Below, in pieces: positions 13,401 through 25,400 of a stretch of DNA of 64,000 bases (within the stretch, counting starts at the first letter, position 1; each line of letters opens with the position of its first letter). The position numbers were made by a program, and so were the translations under genes. This DNA comes from Utricularia gibba (Eukaryota; Plantae; Magnoliophyta). The DNA is taken from assembly GCA_002189035.1 (NCBI GenBank), contig NEEC01000197.1, forward strand, positions 1 through 64,000, written 5' to 3'. Under the pieces are notes generated by a model. That model worked only from the letters and a program-made list of their open reading frames with translations. It had not been told where the DNA came from and made no database searches.

Positions 13401-16400
13401 GCATTTTTTGAAGTTAGGATGTCATGAGCACCCCAAATGGTTTTCTCAACAACCTGATTTATATTTGAGGAGGCGCTCTAGGCTGGCACTAGTATCGAGC
13501 AAATGGTCGAGTCGTGCTCTGGCCCATAGTCATTTGTAGCCCGGCCAAAAAAGTGATGCATTTATTAACGTTGGGTTTTCGGCGGCTGCCTACATGCTTT
13601 TTTCGAGGAAAAGTTGTCGTTTTTTTGCGGGTGCTGTTGTTGGGAACTTCGTCCGGACCCAAGGTTCGGTCTGACTTCACAGCACAATCCGATCCCATTC
13701 GACGAAAATCGTGACACCTTTATTGAAGTTAGGATCTCATGACCACCCCAAATGGTTTTTTCAACAGCATGCTTTACACTTGACAAGCGCTTTTGTGGGT
13801 CACCGAGATCGGGCCGGATTCGGGTCGGGCTTGAGCCCATAGTCAGCTGTAGCCCGGCAAAAGAAGTGATGCATTTATTAACGTTGGGTTGTCGGCGGCT
13901 GCCCACATGGTTTTTCAAGCAACAGCTTGCCATTTAAAGGCGGGTGCTGTCGTTGGGAGCTTTGTCCGGCCCGAGATTCGGTCTGGCTACTAAGCCCAAT
14001 CGGGTCGCACTCGACGAAAATCGTAACGCATTTGATGTAGTTAGGATGTCATGAGAACCCCAATGGGTTTTCTCAACACTCTGTTATATTTGAGAAGGCG
14101 CTCGGGGGTTTCGGGATTGGGCCAGAGGTCGGGTCGGGCTCAGGCCAATAGTCAGTTGTAGCCCGGAAAATAAGTGATGCATTTATCAACGATGGGTTTT
14201 CGGCGGCTGCCTAAATGGTTTTTCAAGCAACAGCTTGCCGTTTTAAGGTGGGTGCTGTAGTTGGGAGCTTTGTCAGGGCCCGAGATTCGGTCTGGCTACT
14301 AAGCCCAATCGGGTCGTACTCGACGAAATCGTAATGCATTTGCTTTAGTTAGGATGTCATGAGAACCCCAATGGGTTTTCTCAACACTCTGCTATATATT
14401 TGAGAAGGCGCTCTCGGAGGGTTTCGGGATTGGGCCAGAGGTCGGGTCGGGCTCAGGCCAATAGTCAGTTGTAGCCCGGAAAATAAGTGATGCATTTATC
14501 AACGATGGGTTTTCGGCGGCTGCCTAAATGGTTTTTCAAGCAATAGCTTGCCGTTTTTAAGGCGAGTGCTGTCGTTGGCAGCTTTGTTAGGGCCCAAGGT
14601 TCGGTCTGGCTCCTGAGCCCAATCGGGTGCTACTCGATGAAAATCGTGATGCATTTGCTGAAGTTAGGATGTCATGAGCACCCCAAATGGTTTTCTCAAC
14701 ACCTGATTTATATTTGAGGAGGCGCTCTAGGGGGCACCAGTATCGAGCAAATGGTCGAGTCGCGCTCTGGCCCATAGTCATTTGTAGCCGGCCAAAAAAG
14801 TGATGCATTTATTAACGTTGGGTTGTCGGCGGCTGCCCACATGGTTTTTCAAGCAACAGCTTGCCATTTAAAGGCGGGTGCTGTCGTTGGGAGCTTTGTC
14901 CGGCCCGAGATTCGGTCTGGCTACTAAGCCCAATCGGGTCGCACTCGACGAAAATCGTAACGCATTTGATGTAGTTAGGATGTCATGAGAACCCCAATGG
15001 GTTTTTTCAACACTCTGTTTATATTTCAGAAGGCGCTCTTGGGGGTTCGGATTGGGCCAGAGGTCGGGTCGGGCTCAGGCCATAGTCAGTTGTAGCCCGG
15101 AAAATAAGTGATGCATTTATCAACGATGGGTTTTCGGCGGCTGCCTAAATGGTTTTTCAAGCAACAGCTTGCCGTTTTAAGGTGGGTGCTGTAGTTGGGA
15201 GCTTTGTCAGGGCCCGAGATTCGGTCTGGCTACTAAGCCCAATCGGGTCGTACTCGACGAAATCGTAATGCATTTGCTTTAGTTAGGATGTCATGAGAAC
15301 CCCAATGGGTTTTCTCAACACTCTGCTATATATTTGAGAAGGCGCTCTGGGGGTTTCGGGATTGGGCCAGAGGTCGGGTCGGGCTCAGGCCATAGTCAGT
15401 TGTAGCCCGGAAAATAAGTGATGCATTTATCAACGATGGGTTTTCGGCGGCTGCCTAAATGGTTTTTCAAGCAATAGCTTGCCGTTTTAAGGCGAGTGCT
15501 GTCGTTGGCAGCTTTGTTAGGGCCCAAGGTTCGGTCTGGCTCCTGAGCCCAATCGGTGCTACTCGATGAAATCGTGATGCATTTGCTGAAGTTAGGATGT
15601 CATGAGCACCCCAAATGGTTTTCTCAACAACCTGATTTATATTTGAGGAGGCGCTCTAGGCGGGCACCAGTATCGAGCAAATGGTCGAGTCGCGCTCTGG
15701 CCCATAGTCATTTGTAGCCTGGCCAAAAAAGTGATGCATTTATTAACGTTGGGTTGTCGGCGGCTGCCCACATGCTTTTTTCGAGGAAAAGTTGTCGTTT
15801 TTTTGCGGGTGCTGTTGTTGGGAACTTCGTCCGGACCCAAGGTTCGGTCTGACTTCACAGCACAATCCGATCCCATTCGACGAAAATCGTGACACCTTTA
15901 TTGAAGTTAGGATCTCATGACCACCCCAAATGGTTTTTTCAACAGCATGCTTTACACTTGACAAGGCGCTTTTGTGGGTCACCGAGATCGGGCCGGATTC
16001 GGGTCGGGCTTGAGCCCAAAGTCAGCTGTAGCCCGGCAAAAGAAGTGATGCATTTATTAACGTTGGGTTGTCGGCGGCTGCCCACATGGTTTTTCAAGCA
16101 ACAGCTTGCCATTTAAAGGCGGGTGCTGTCGTTGGGAGCTTTGTCCGGCCCGAGATTCGGTCTGGCTACTAAGCCCAATCGGGTCGCACTCGACGAAAAT
16201 CGTAACGCATTTGATGTAGTTAGGATGTCATGAGAACCCCAATGGGTTTTCTCAACACTCTGCTATATATTTGAGAAGGCGCCCTCGAGGGTTTCGGGAT
16301 TGGGCCAGAGGTCGGGTCGGGCTCAGGCCAATAGTCAGTTGTAGCCCGGAAAATAAGTGATGCATTTATCAACGATGGGTTTTCGGCGGCTGCCTAAATG

Positions 16401-19400
16401 GTTTTTCAAGCAACAGCTTGCCGTTTTAAGGTGGGTGCTGTAGTTGGGAGCTTTGTCAGGGCCCGAGATTCGGTCTGGCTACTAAGCCCAATCGGGTCGT
16501 ACTCGACGAAATCGTAATGCATTTGCTTTAGTTAGGATGTCATGAGAACCCCAATGGGTTTTCTCAACACTCTGCTTATATTTGAGAAGGCGCTCTAGGG
16601 TTTCGGGATTGGGCCAGAGGTCGGGTCGGGCTCAGGCCCATAGTCAGTTGTAGCCCGGAAAATAAGTGATGCATTTATCAACGTGGGTTTTCGGCGGCTG
16701 CCTAAATGGTTTTTCAAGCAATAGCTTGCCGTTTTAAGGCGGTGCTGTCGTTGGCAGCTTTGTTAGGGCCCAAGGTTCGGTCTGGCTCCTGAGCCCAATC
16801 GGGTGCTACTCGATGAAAATCGTGATGCATTTTGAAGTTAGGATGTCATGAGCACCCAAATGGTTTTCTCAACAACCTGATTTATATTTGAGGAGGCGCT
16901 CTAGGCGGGCACCAGTATCGAGGCAAATGGTCGAGTCGCGCTCTGGCCCATAGTCATTTGTAGCCCGGCCAAAAAAGTGATGCATTTATTAACGTTGGGT
17001 TGTCGGCGGCTGCCCACATGGTTTTTCAAGCAACAGCTTGCCATTTAAAGGCGGGTGCTGTCGTTGGGAGCTTTGTCCGGCCCGAGATTCGGTCTGGCTA
17101 CTAAGCCCAATCGGGTCGCACTCGACGAAAATCGTAACGCATTTGCTGTAGTTAGGATGTCATGAGAACCCCAATGGGTTTTCTCAACACTCTGCTTTAT
17201 ATTTCAGAAGGCGCTCTTGGGGGGTTTCGGATTGGGCCAGAGGTCGGGTCGGGCTCAGGCCATAGTCAGTTGTAGCCCGGAAAATAAGTGATGCATTTAT
17301 CAACGTTGGGTTTTCGGCGGCTGCCTAAATGGTTTTTCAAGCAACAGCTTGCCGTTTTAAGGTGGGTGCTGTAGTTGGGAGCTTTGTCAGGGCCCGAGAT
17401 TCGGTCTGGCTACTAAGCCCAATCGGGTCGTACTCGACGAAATCGTAATGCATTTGCTTTAGTTAGGATGTCATGAGAACCCCAATGGGTTTTCTCAACA
17501 CTCTACTTTATATTTCAGAAGGCGCTCTTGGGGGGTTTCGGGATTGGGCCAGAGGTCGGGTCGGGCTATGGCCCATAGTCAGTTGTAGCCCGGAAAATAA
17601 GTGATGCATTTATCAACGTTGGGTTTTCGGCGGCTGCCTGAATGGTTTTTCAAGCAATAGCTTGCCATTTTAAGGCGGGTGCTGTCGTTGGCAGCTTTGT
17701 AAGGGCCCAAGGTTCGGTCTGGCTCCTGAGCCCAATCGGGTGCTACTCGATGAAAATCGTGATGCATTTTTTGAAGTTAGGATGTCATGAGCACCCCAAA
17801 TGGTTTTCTCAACAACCTGATTTATATTTGAGGAGGCGCTCTAGGCTGGCACTAGTATCGAGCAAATGGTCGAGTCGCGCTCTGGCCCATAGTCATTTGT
17901 AGCCCGGCCAAAAAGTGATGCATTTATTAACGTTGGGTTTTCGGCGGCTGCCTACATGCTTTTTTCGAGGAAAAGTTGTCGTTTTTTTGCGGGTGCTGTT
18001 GTTGGGAACTTCGTCCGGACCCAAGGTTCGGTCTGACTTCACAGCACAATCCGATCCCATTCGACGAAAATCGTGACACTTTATTGAAGTTAGGATCTCA
18101 TGACCACCCCAAATGGTTTTTTCAACAGCATGCTTTACACTTGACAAGGCGCTTTTGTGGGTCACCGAGATCGGGCCCGGATTCGGGTCGGGCTTGAGCC
18201 CAAAGTCAGCTGTAGCCCGGCAAAAGAAGTGATGCATTTATTAACGTTGGGTTGTCGGCGGCTGCCCACATGGTTTTTCAAGCAACAGCTTGCCATTTAA
18301 AGGCGGGTGCTGTCGTTGGGAGCTTTGTCCGGCCCGAGATTCGGTCTGGCTAAGCCCAATCGGGTCGCACTCGACGAAAATCGTAACGCATTTGATGTAG
18401 TTAGGATGTCATGAGAACCCCAATGGGTTTTCTCAACACTCTGCTATATATTTGAGAAGGCGCCCTCGGAGGGTTTCGGGATTGGGCCAGAGGTCGGGTC
18501 GGGCTCAGGCCAATAGTCAGTTGTAGCCCGGAAAATAAGTGATGCATTTATCAACGATGGGTTTTCGGCGGCTGCCTAAATGGTTTTTCAAGCAACAGCT
18601 TGCCGTTTTAAGGTGGGTGCTGTAGTTGGGAGCTTTGTCAGGGCCCGAGATTCGGTCTGGCTACTAAGCCCAATCGGGTCGTACTCGACGAAATCGTAAT
18701 GCATTTGCTTTAGTTAGGATGTCATGAGAACCCCAATGGGTTTTCTCAACACTCTGCTTATATTTGAAGGCGCTCTAGGGTTTCGGGATTGGGCCAGAGG
18801 TCGGGTCGGGCTCAGGCCAATAGTCAGTTGTAGCCCGGAAAATAAGTGATGCATTTATCAACGTGGGTTTCGGCGGCTGCCTAATGGTTTTTCAAGCAAC
18901 AGCTTGCCGTTTTAAGGCGGGTGCTGTCGTTGGGAGCTTTGTCAGGGCCCGAGATTCGGTCTGGCTCTAGCCCAATCGGGTCGTACTCGACGAAATCGTA
19001 ATGCATTTGGTTAGGATGTCATGAGAACCCCAATGGTTTTCTCAACACAATATTTGAGAAGGCGATTTCGGGTCGGGCTCTGGCCATAGTCATTGTAGCC
19101 CGGAAAAAAGTGATGCATTTATCAACGTGGGTTTTCGGCGGCTGCCTAAATGGTTTTGGCTTGCCGTTTTAAGGCGGTGCTGTGTTGGCAAAGGTTCGGT
19201 CTGAGCCCAATCGAAAAATCGTGATGCATTTTTGAAGTTAGGATGTCATGAGCACCCCAAATGGTTTTCTCAACAACCTGATTTATATTTGAGGAGGCGC
19301 TCTTATCGAGCAAATGGTCGAGTCGCGCTCTGGCCCATAGTCATTTGTAGCCGGCCAAAAAAGTGATGCATTTATTAACGTTGGGTTGTCGGCGGCTGCC

Positions 19401-22400
19401 CACATGGTTTTTCAAGCAACAGCTTGCCATTTAAAGGCGGGTGCTGTCGTTGGGAGCTTTGTCCGGCCCGAGATTCGGTCTGGCTACTAAGCCCAATCGG
19501 GTCGCACTCGACGAAAATCGTAACGCATTTGCTGTAGTTAGGATGTCATGAGAACCCCAATGGGTTTTCTCAACACTCTACTTTATATTTCAGAAGGCGC
19601 TCTTGGGGGTTTCGGATTGGGCCAGAGGTCGGGTCGGGCTCAGGCCATAGTCAGTTGTAGCCCGGAAAATAAGTGATGCATTATCAACGTTGGGTTTTCG
19701 GCGGCTGCCTAAATGGTTTTTCAAGCAACAGCTTGCCGTTTTAAGGTGGGTGCTGTAGTTGGGAGCTTTGTCAGGGCCCGAGATTCGGTCTGGCTACTAA
19801 GCCCAATCGGGTCGTACTCGACGAAATCGTAATGCATTTGCTTTAGTTAGGATGTCATGAGAACCCCAATGGGTTTTCTCAACACTCTACTTTATATTTC
19901 AGAAGGCGCTCTTGGGGGGTTTCGGGATTGGGCCAGAGGTCGGGTCGGGCTATGGCCCATAGTCAGTTGTAGCCCGGAAAATAAGTGATGCATTTATCAA
20001 CGTTGGGTTTTCGGCGGCTGCCTGAATGGTTTTTCAAGCAATAGCTTGCCATTTTAAGGCGGGTGCTGTCGTTGGCAGCTTTGTAAGGGCCCAAGGTTCG
20101 GTCTGGCTCCTGAGCCCAATCGGGTGCTACTCGATGAAATCGTGATGCATTTTTTGAAGTTAGGATGTCATGAGCACCCCAAATGGTTTTCTCAACAACC
20201 TGATTTATATTTGAGGAGGCGCTCTAGGCTGGCACTAGTATCGAGCAAATGGTCGAGTCGCGCTCTGGCCCATAGTCATTTGTAGCCCGGCCAAAAAAGT
20301 GATGCATTTATTAACGTTGGGTTTTCGGCGGCTGCCTACATGCTTTTTTCGAGGAAAAGTTGTCGTTTTTTTGCGGGTGCTGTTGTTGGGAACTTCGTCC
20401 GGACCCAAGGTTCGGTCTGACTTCACAGCACAATCCGATCCCATTCGACGAAAATCGTGACACCTTTATTGAAGTTAGGATCTCATGACCACCCCAAATG
20501 GTTTTTTCAACAGCATGCTTTACACTTGACAAGGCGCTTTTGTGGGTCACCGAGATCGGGCCGGATTCGGGTCGGGCTTGAGCCCAAAGTCAGCTGTAGC
20601 CCGGCAAAAGAAGTGATGCATTTATAACGTTGGGTTGTCGGCGGCTGCCCACATGGTTTTTCAAGCAACAGCTTGCCATTTAAAGGCGGGTGCTGTCGTT
20701 GGGAGCTTTGTCCGGCCCGAGATTCGGTCTGGCTACTAAGCCCAATCGGGTCGCACTCGACGAAAATCGTAACGCATTTGATGTAGTTAGGATGTCATGA
20801 GAACCCCAATGGGTTTTCTCAACACTCTGCTATATATTTGAGAAGGCGCCCTCGGAGGGTTTCGGGATTGGGCCAGAGGTCGGGTCGGGCTCAGGCCAAT
20901 AGTCAGTTGTAGCCCGGAAAATAAGTGATGCATTTATCAACGATGGGTTTTCGGCGGCTGCCTAAATGGTTTTTCAAGCAACAGCTTGCCGTTTTAAGGT
21001 GGGTGCTGTAGTTGGGAGCTTTGTCAGGGCCCGAGATTCGGTCTGGCTACTAAGCCCAATCGGGTCGTACTCGACGAAATCGTAATGCATTTGCTTTAGT
21101 TAGGATGTCATGAGAACCCCAATGGGTTTTCTCAACACTCTGCTTATATTTGAGAAGGCGCTCTTGGGGGTTTCGGGATTGGGCCAGAGGTCGGGTCGGG
21201 CTAGGCCAATAGTCAGTTGTAGCCCGGAAAATAAGTGATGCATTTATCAACGTTGGGTTTTCGGCGGCTGCCTAAATGGTTTTTCAAGCAATAGCTTGCC
21301 GTTTTAAGGCGGTGCTGTCGTTGGCAGCTTTGTAGGGCCCAAGGTTCGGTCTGGCTCCTGAGCCCAATCGGTGCTACTCGATGAAAATCGTGATGCATTT
21401 TTTGAAGTTAGGATGTCATGAGCACCCCAAATGGTTTTCTCAACAACCTGATTTATATTTGAGGAGGCGCTCTAGGCGGGCACTAGTATCGAGCAAATGG
21501 TCGAGTCGCGCTCTGGCCCATAGTCATTTGTAGCCCGGCCAAAAAAGTGATGCATTTATTAACGTTGGGTTTCGGCGGCTGCCCACATGGTTTTTCAAGC
21601 AAAGCTTGCCATTTAAAGGCGGGTGCTGTCGTTGGGAGCTTTGTCCGGCCCGAGATTCGGTCTGGCTACTAGCCCAATCGGGTCGCACTCGACGAAAATC
21701 GTAACGCATTTTGTAGTTAGGATGTCATGAGAACCCCAATGGTTTTCTCAACACTCTTTTAGGCGCTCTTGGGGTTTCGGGATTGGGCCAGAGGTCGGGT
21801 CGGGCTCAGGCCAATAGTCAGTTGTAGCCCGGAAAATAAGTGATGCATTTATCAACGTTGGGTTTTCGGCGGCTGCCTAAATGGTTTTTCAAGCAACAGC
21901 TTGCCGTTTTAAAGTGGGTGCTGTAGTTGGGAGCTTTGTCAGGGCCCGAGATTCGGTCTGGCTACTAAGCCCAATCGGGTCGTACTCGACGAAATCGTAA
22001 TGCATTTGCTTTAGTTAGGATGTCATGAGAACCCCAATGGGTTTTCTCAACACTCTGCTATATATTTGAGAAGGCGCAGGGTTTCGGGATTGGGCCAGAG
22101 GTCGGGTCGGGCTCAGGCCAATAGTCAGTTGTAGCCCGGAAAATAAGTGATGCATTTATCAACGATGGGTTTTCGGCGGCTGCCTAAATGGTTTTTCAAG
22201 CAACAGCTTGCCGTTTTAAGGTGGGTGCTGTAGTTGGGAGCTTTGTCAGGGCCCGAGATTCGGTCTGGCTACTAAGCCCAATCGGGTCGTACTCGACGAA
22301 ATCGTAATGCATTTGCTTTAGTTAGGATGTCATGAGAACCCCAATGGGTTTTCTCAACACTCTACTTTATATTTCAGAAGGCGCTCTTGGGGGGTTTCGG

Positions 22401-22436
22401 GATTGGGCAGAGGTCGGGTCGGGCTATGGCCCATAG
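10412..22436. repeat. 7-monomer HOR domain (C2-D-A-B-C-D*-A'), period ~2,183 bp
   Basis: The fused monomer C2 (B-type start TCATTTGTAGCC(C/T)GGCCAAAAAAG running into C-type GTTGTCGGCGGCTGCCCACATGG) starts at 10412, 12595, 14778, 16954, 19341 and 21524: spacings 2183, 2183, 2176, 2387, 2183. Clean A-to-A exemplar: 11036-13215. Confidence 0.85.
18824..19340. other. Degenerate/shortened monomer patch (two monomers of ~266 and ~251 bp); probable consensus collapse
   Basis: Multiple small deletions that retain mainly bases shared between monomer types, e.g. AACACAATATTTGAGAAGGCGATTTCGGGTCGGGCTCTGGCCATAGTCATTGTAGC at ~19045-19100. Confidence 0.7.
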
Positions 22437-25400
22437 TCAGTTGTAGCCCGGAAAATAAGTGATGCATTTATCAACGTTGGGTTTTCGGCGGCTGCCTGAA
22501 TGGTTTTTCAAGCAATAGCTTGCCATTTTAAGGCGGGTGCTGTCGTTGGCAGCTTTGTAAGGGCCCAAGGTTCGGTCTGGCTCCTGAGCCCAATCGGGTG
22601 CTACTCGATGAAAATCGTGATGCATTTTTTGAAGTTAGGATGTCATGAGCACCCCAAATGGTTTTCTCAACAACCTGATTTATATTTGAGGAGGCGCTCT
22701 AGGCTGGCACTAGTATCGAGCAAATGGTCGAGTCGCTCTGGCCCATAGTCATTTGTAGCCCGGCCAAAAAAGTGATGCATTTATTAACGTTGGGTTTTCG
22801 GCGGCTGCCTACATGCTTTTTTCGAGGAAAAGTTGTCGTTTTTTTGCGGGTGCTGTTGTTGGGAACTTCGTCCGGACCCAAGGTTCGGTCTGACTTCACA
22901 GCACAATCCGATCCCATTCGACGAAATCGTGACACCTTTATTGAAGTTAGGATCTCATGACCACCCCAAATGGTTTTTTCAACAGCATGCTTTACACTTG
23001 ACAAGGCGCTTTTGTGGGTCACCGAGATCGGGCCGGATTCGGGTCGGGCTTGAGCCCAAAGTCAGCTGTAGCCCGGCAAAAGAAGTGATGCATTTATTAA
23101 CGTTGGGTTGTCGGCGGCTGCCCACATGGTTTTTCAAGCAACAGCTTGCCATTTAAAGGCGGGTGCTGTCGTTGGGAGCTTTGTCCGGCCCGAGATTCGG
23201 TCTGGCTACTAAGCCCAATCGGGTCGCACTCGACGAAAATCGTAACGCATTTGATGTAGTTAGGATGTCATGAGAACCCCAATGGGTTTTCTCAACACTC
23301 TGCTATATATTTGAGAAGGCGCCTCGGAGGGTTCGGGATTGGGCCAGAGGTCGGGTCGGGCTCAGGCCAATAGTCAGTTGTAGCCCGGAAAATAAGTGAT
23401 GCATTTATCAACGATGGGTTTTCGGCGGCTGCCTAAATGGTTTTTCAAGCAACAGCTTGCCGTTTTAAGGTGGGTGCTGTAGTTGGGAGCTTTGTCAGGG
23501 CCCGAGATTCGGTCTGGCTACTAAGCCCAATCGGGTCGTACTCGACGAAATCGTAATGCATTTGCTTTAGTTAGGATGTCATGAGAACCCCAATGGGTTT
23601 TCTCAACACTCTACTTTATATTTCAGAAGGCGCTCTTGGGGGTTTCGGGATTGGGCCAGAGGTCGGGTCGGGCTATGGCCCATAGTCAGTTGTAGCCCGG
23701 AAAATAAGTGATGCATTTATCAACGTGGGTTTTCGGCGGCTGCCTAAATGGTTTTTCAAGCAATAGCTTGCCATTTTAAGGCGGTGCTGTCGTTGGCAGC
23801 TTTGTAAGGGCCCAAGGTTCGGTCTGGCTCCTGAGCCCAATCGGGTGCTACTCGATGAAAATCGTGATGCATTTTTTGAAGTTAGGATGTCATGAGCACC
23901 CCAAATGGTTTTCAACAACCTGATTTATTTGAGGAGGCGCTCTAGGCTGGCACTAGTATCGAGCAAATGGTCGAGTCGCGCTCTGGCCCATAGTCATTTG
24001 TAGCCCGGCCAAAAAAGTGATGCATTTATTAACGTTGGGTTTTCGGGCTGCCTACATGCTTTTTGAGGAAAAGTTGTCGTTTTTTGGCGGGTGCTGTTGT
24101 TGGGAACTTCGTCCGGACCCAAGGTTCGGTCTGACTTCACAGCACAATCCGATCCCATTCGACGAAAATCGTGACACCTTTATTGAAGTTAGGATCTCAT
24201 GACCACCCCAAATGGTTTTTTCAACAGCATGCTTTACACTTGACAAGGCGCTTTTGTGGGTCACCTCGGGCCGGATTCGGTCGGCTTGAGCCCAAAGTCA
24301 GCTGTAGCCCGGCAAAAGAAGTGATGCATTTATTAACGTTGGGTTGTCGGCGGCTGCCCACATGGTTTTTCAAGCAACAGCTTGCCATTTAAAGGCGGGT
24401 GCTGTCGTTGGGAGCTTTGTCCGGCCCGAGATTCGGTCTGGCTACTAAGCCCAATCGGGTCGCACTCGACGAAAATCGTAACGCATTTGATGTAGTTAGG
24501 ATGTCATGAGAACCCCAATGGGTTTTCTCAACACTCTGCTATATATTTGAGAAGGCGCCTCGGAGGGTTTCGGGATTGGGCCAGAGGTCGGGTCGGGCTC
24601 AGGCCATAGTCAGTTGTAGCCCGGAAAATAAGTGATGCATTTATCAACGATGGGTTTTCGGCGGCTGCCTAAATGGTTTTTCAAGCAACAGCTTGCCGTT
24701 TTAAGGTGGGTGCTGTAGTTGGGAGCTTTGTCAGGGCCCGAGATTCGGTCTGGCTACTAAGCCCAATCGGGTCGTACTCGACGAAATCGTAATGCATTTG
24801 CTTTAGTTAGGATGTCATGAGAACCCCAATGGGTTTTCTCAACACTCTACTTTATATTTCAGAAGGCGCTCTTGGGGGGTTTCGGGATTGGGCCAGAGGT
24901 CGGGTCGGGCTATGGCCCATAGTCAGTTGTAGCCCGGAAAATAAGTGATGCATTTATCAACGTTGGGTTTTCGGCGGCTGCCTGAATGGTTTTTCAAGCA
25001 ATAGCTTGCCATTTTAAGGCGGGTGCTGTCGTTGGCAGCTTTGTAAGGGCCCAAGGTTCGGTCTGGCTCCTGAGCCCAATCGGGTGCTACTCGATGAAAA
25101 TCGTGATGCATTTTTTGAAGTTAGGATGTCATGAGCACCCCAAATGGTTTTCTCAACAACCTGATTTATATTTGAGGAGGCGCTCTAGGCTGGCACTAGT
25201 ATCGAGCAAATGGTCGAGTCGCGCTCTGGCCCATAGTCATTTGTAGCCCGGCCAAAAGTGATGCATTTATTAACGTTGGGTTTTCGGCGGCTGCCTACAT
25301 GCTTTTTGAGGAAAAGTTGTCGTTTTTTTGCGGGTGCTGTTGTTGGGAACTTCGTCCGGACCCAAGGTTCGGTCTGACTTCACAGCACAATCCGATCCCA

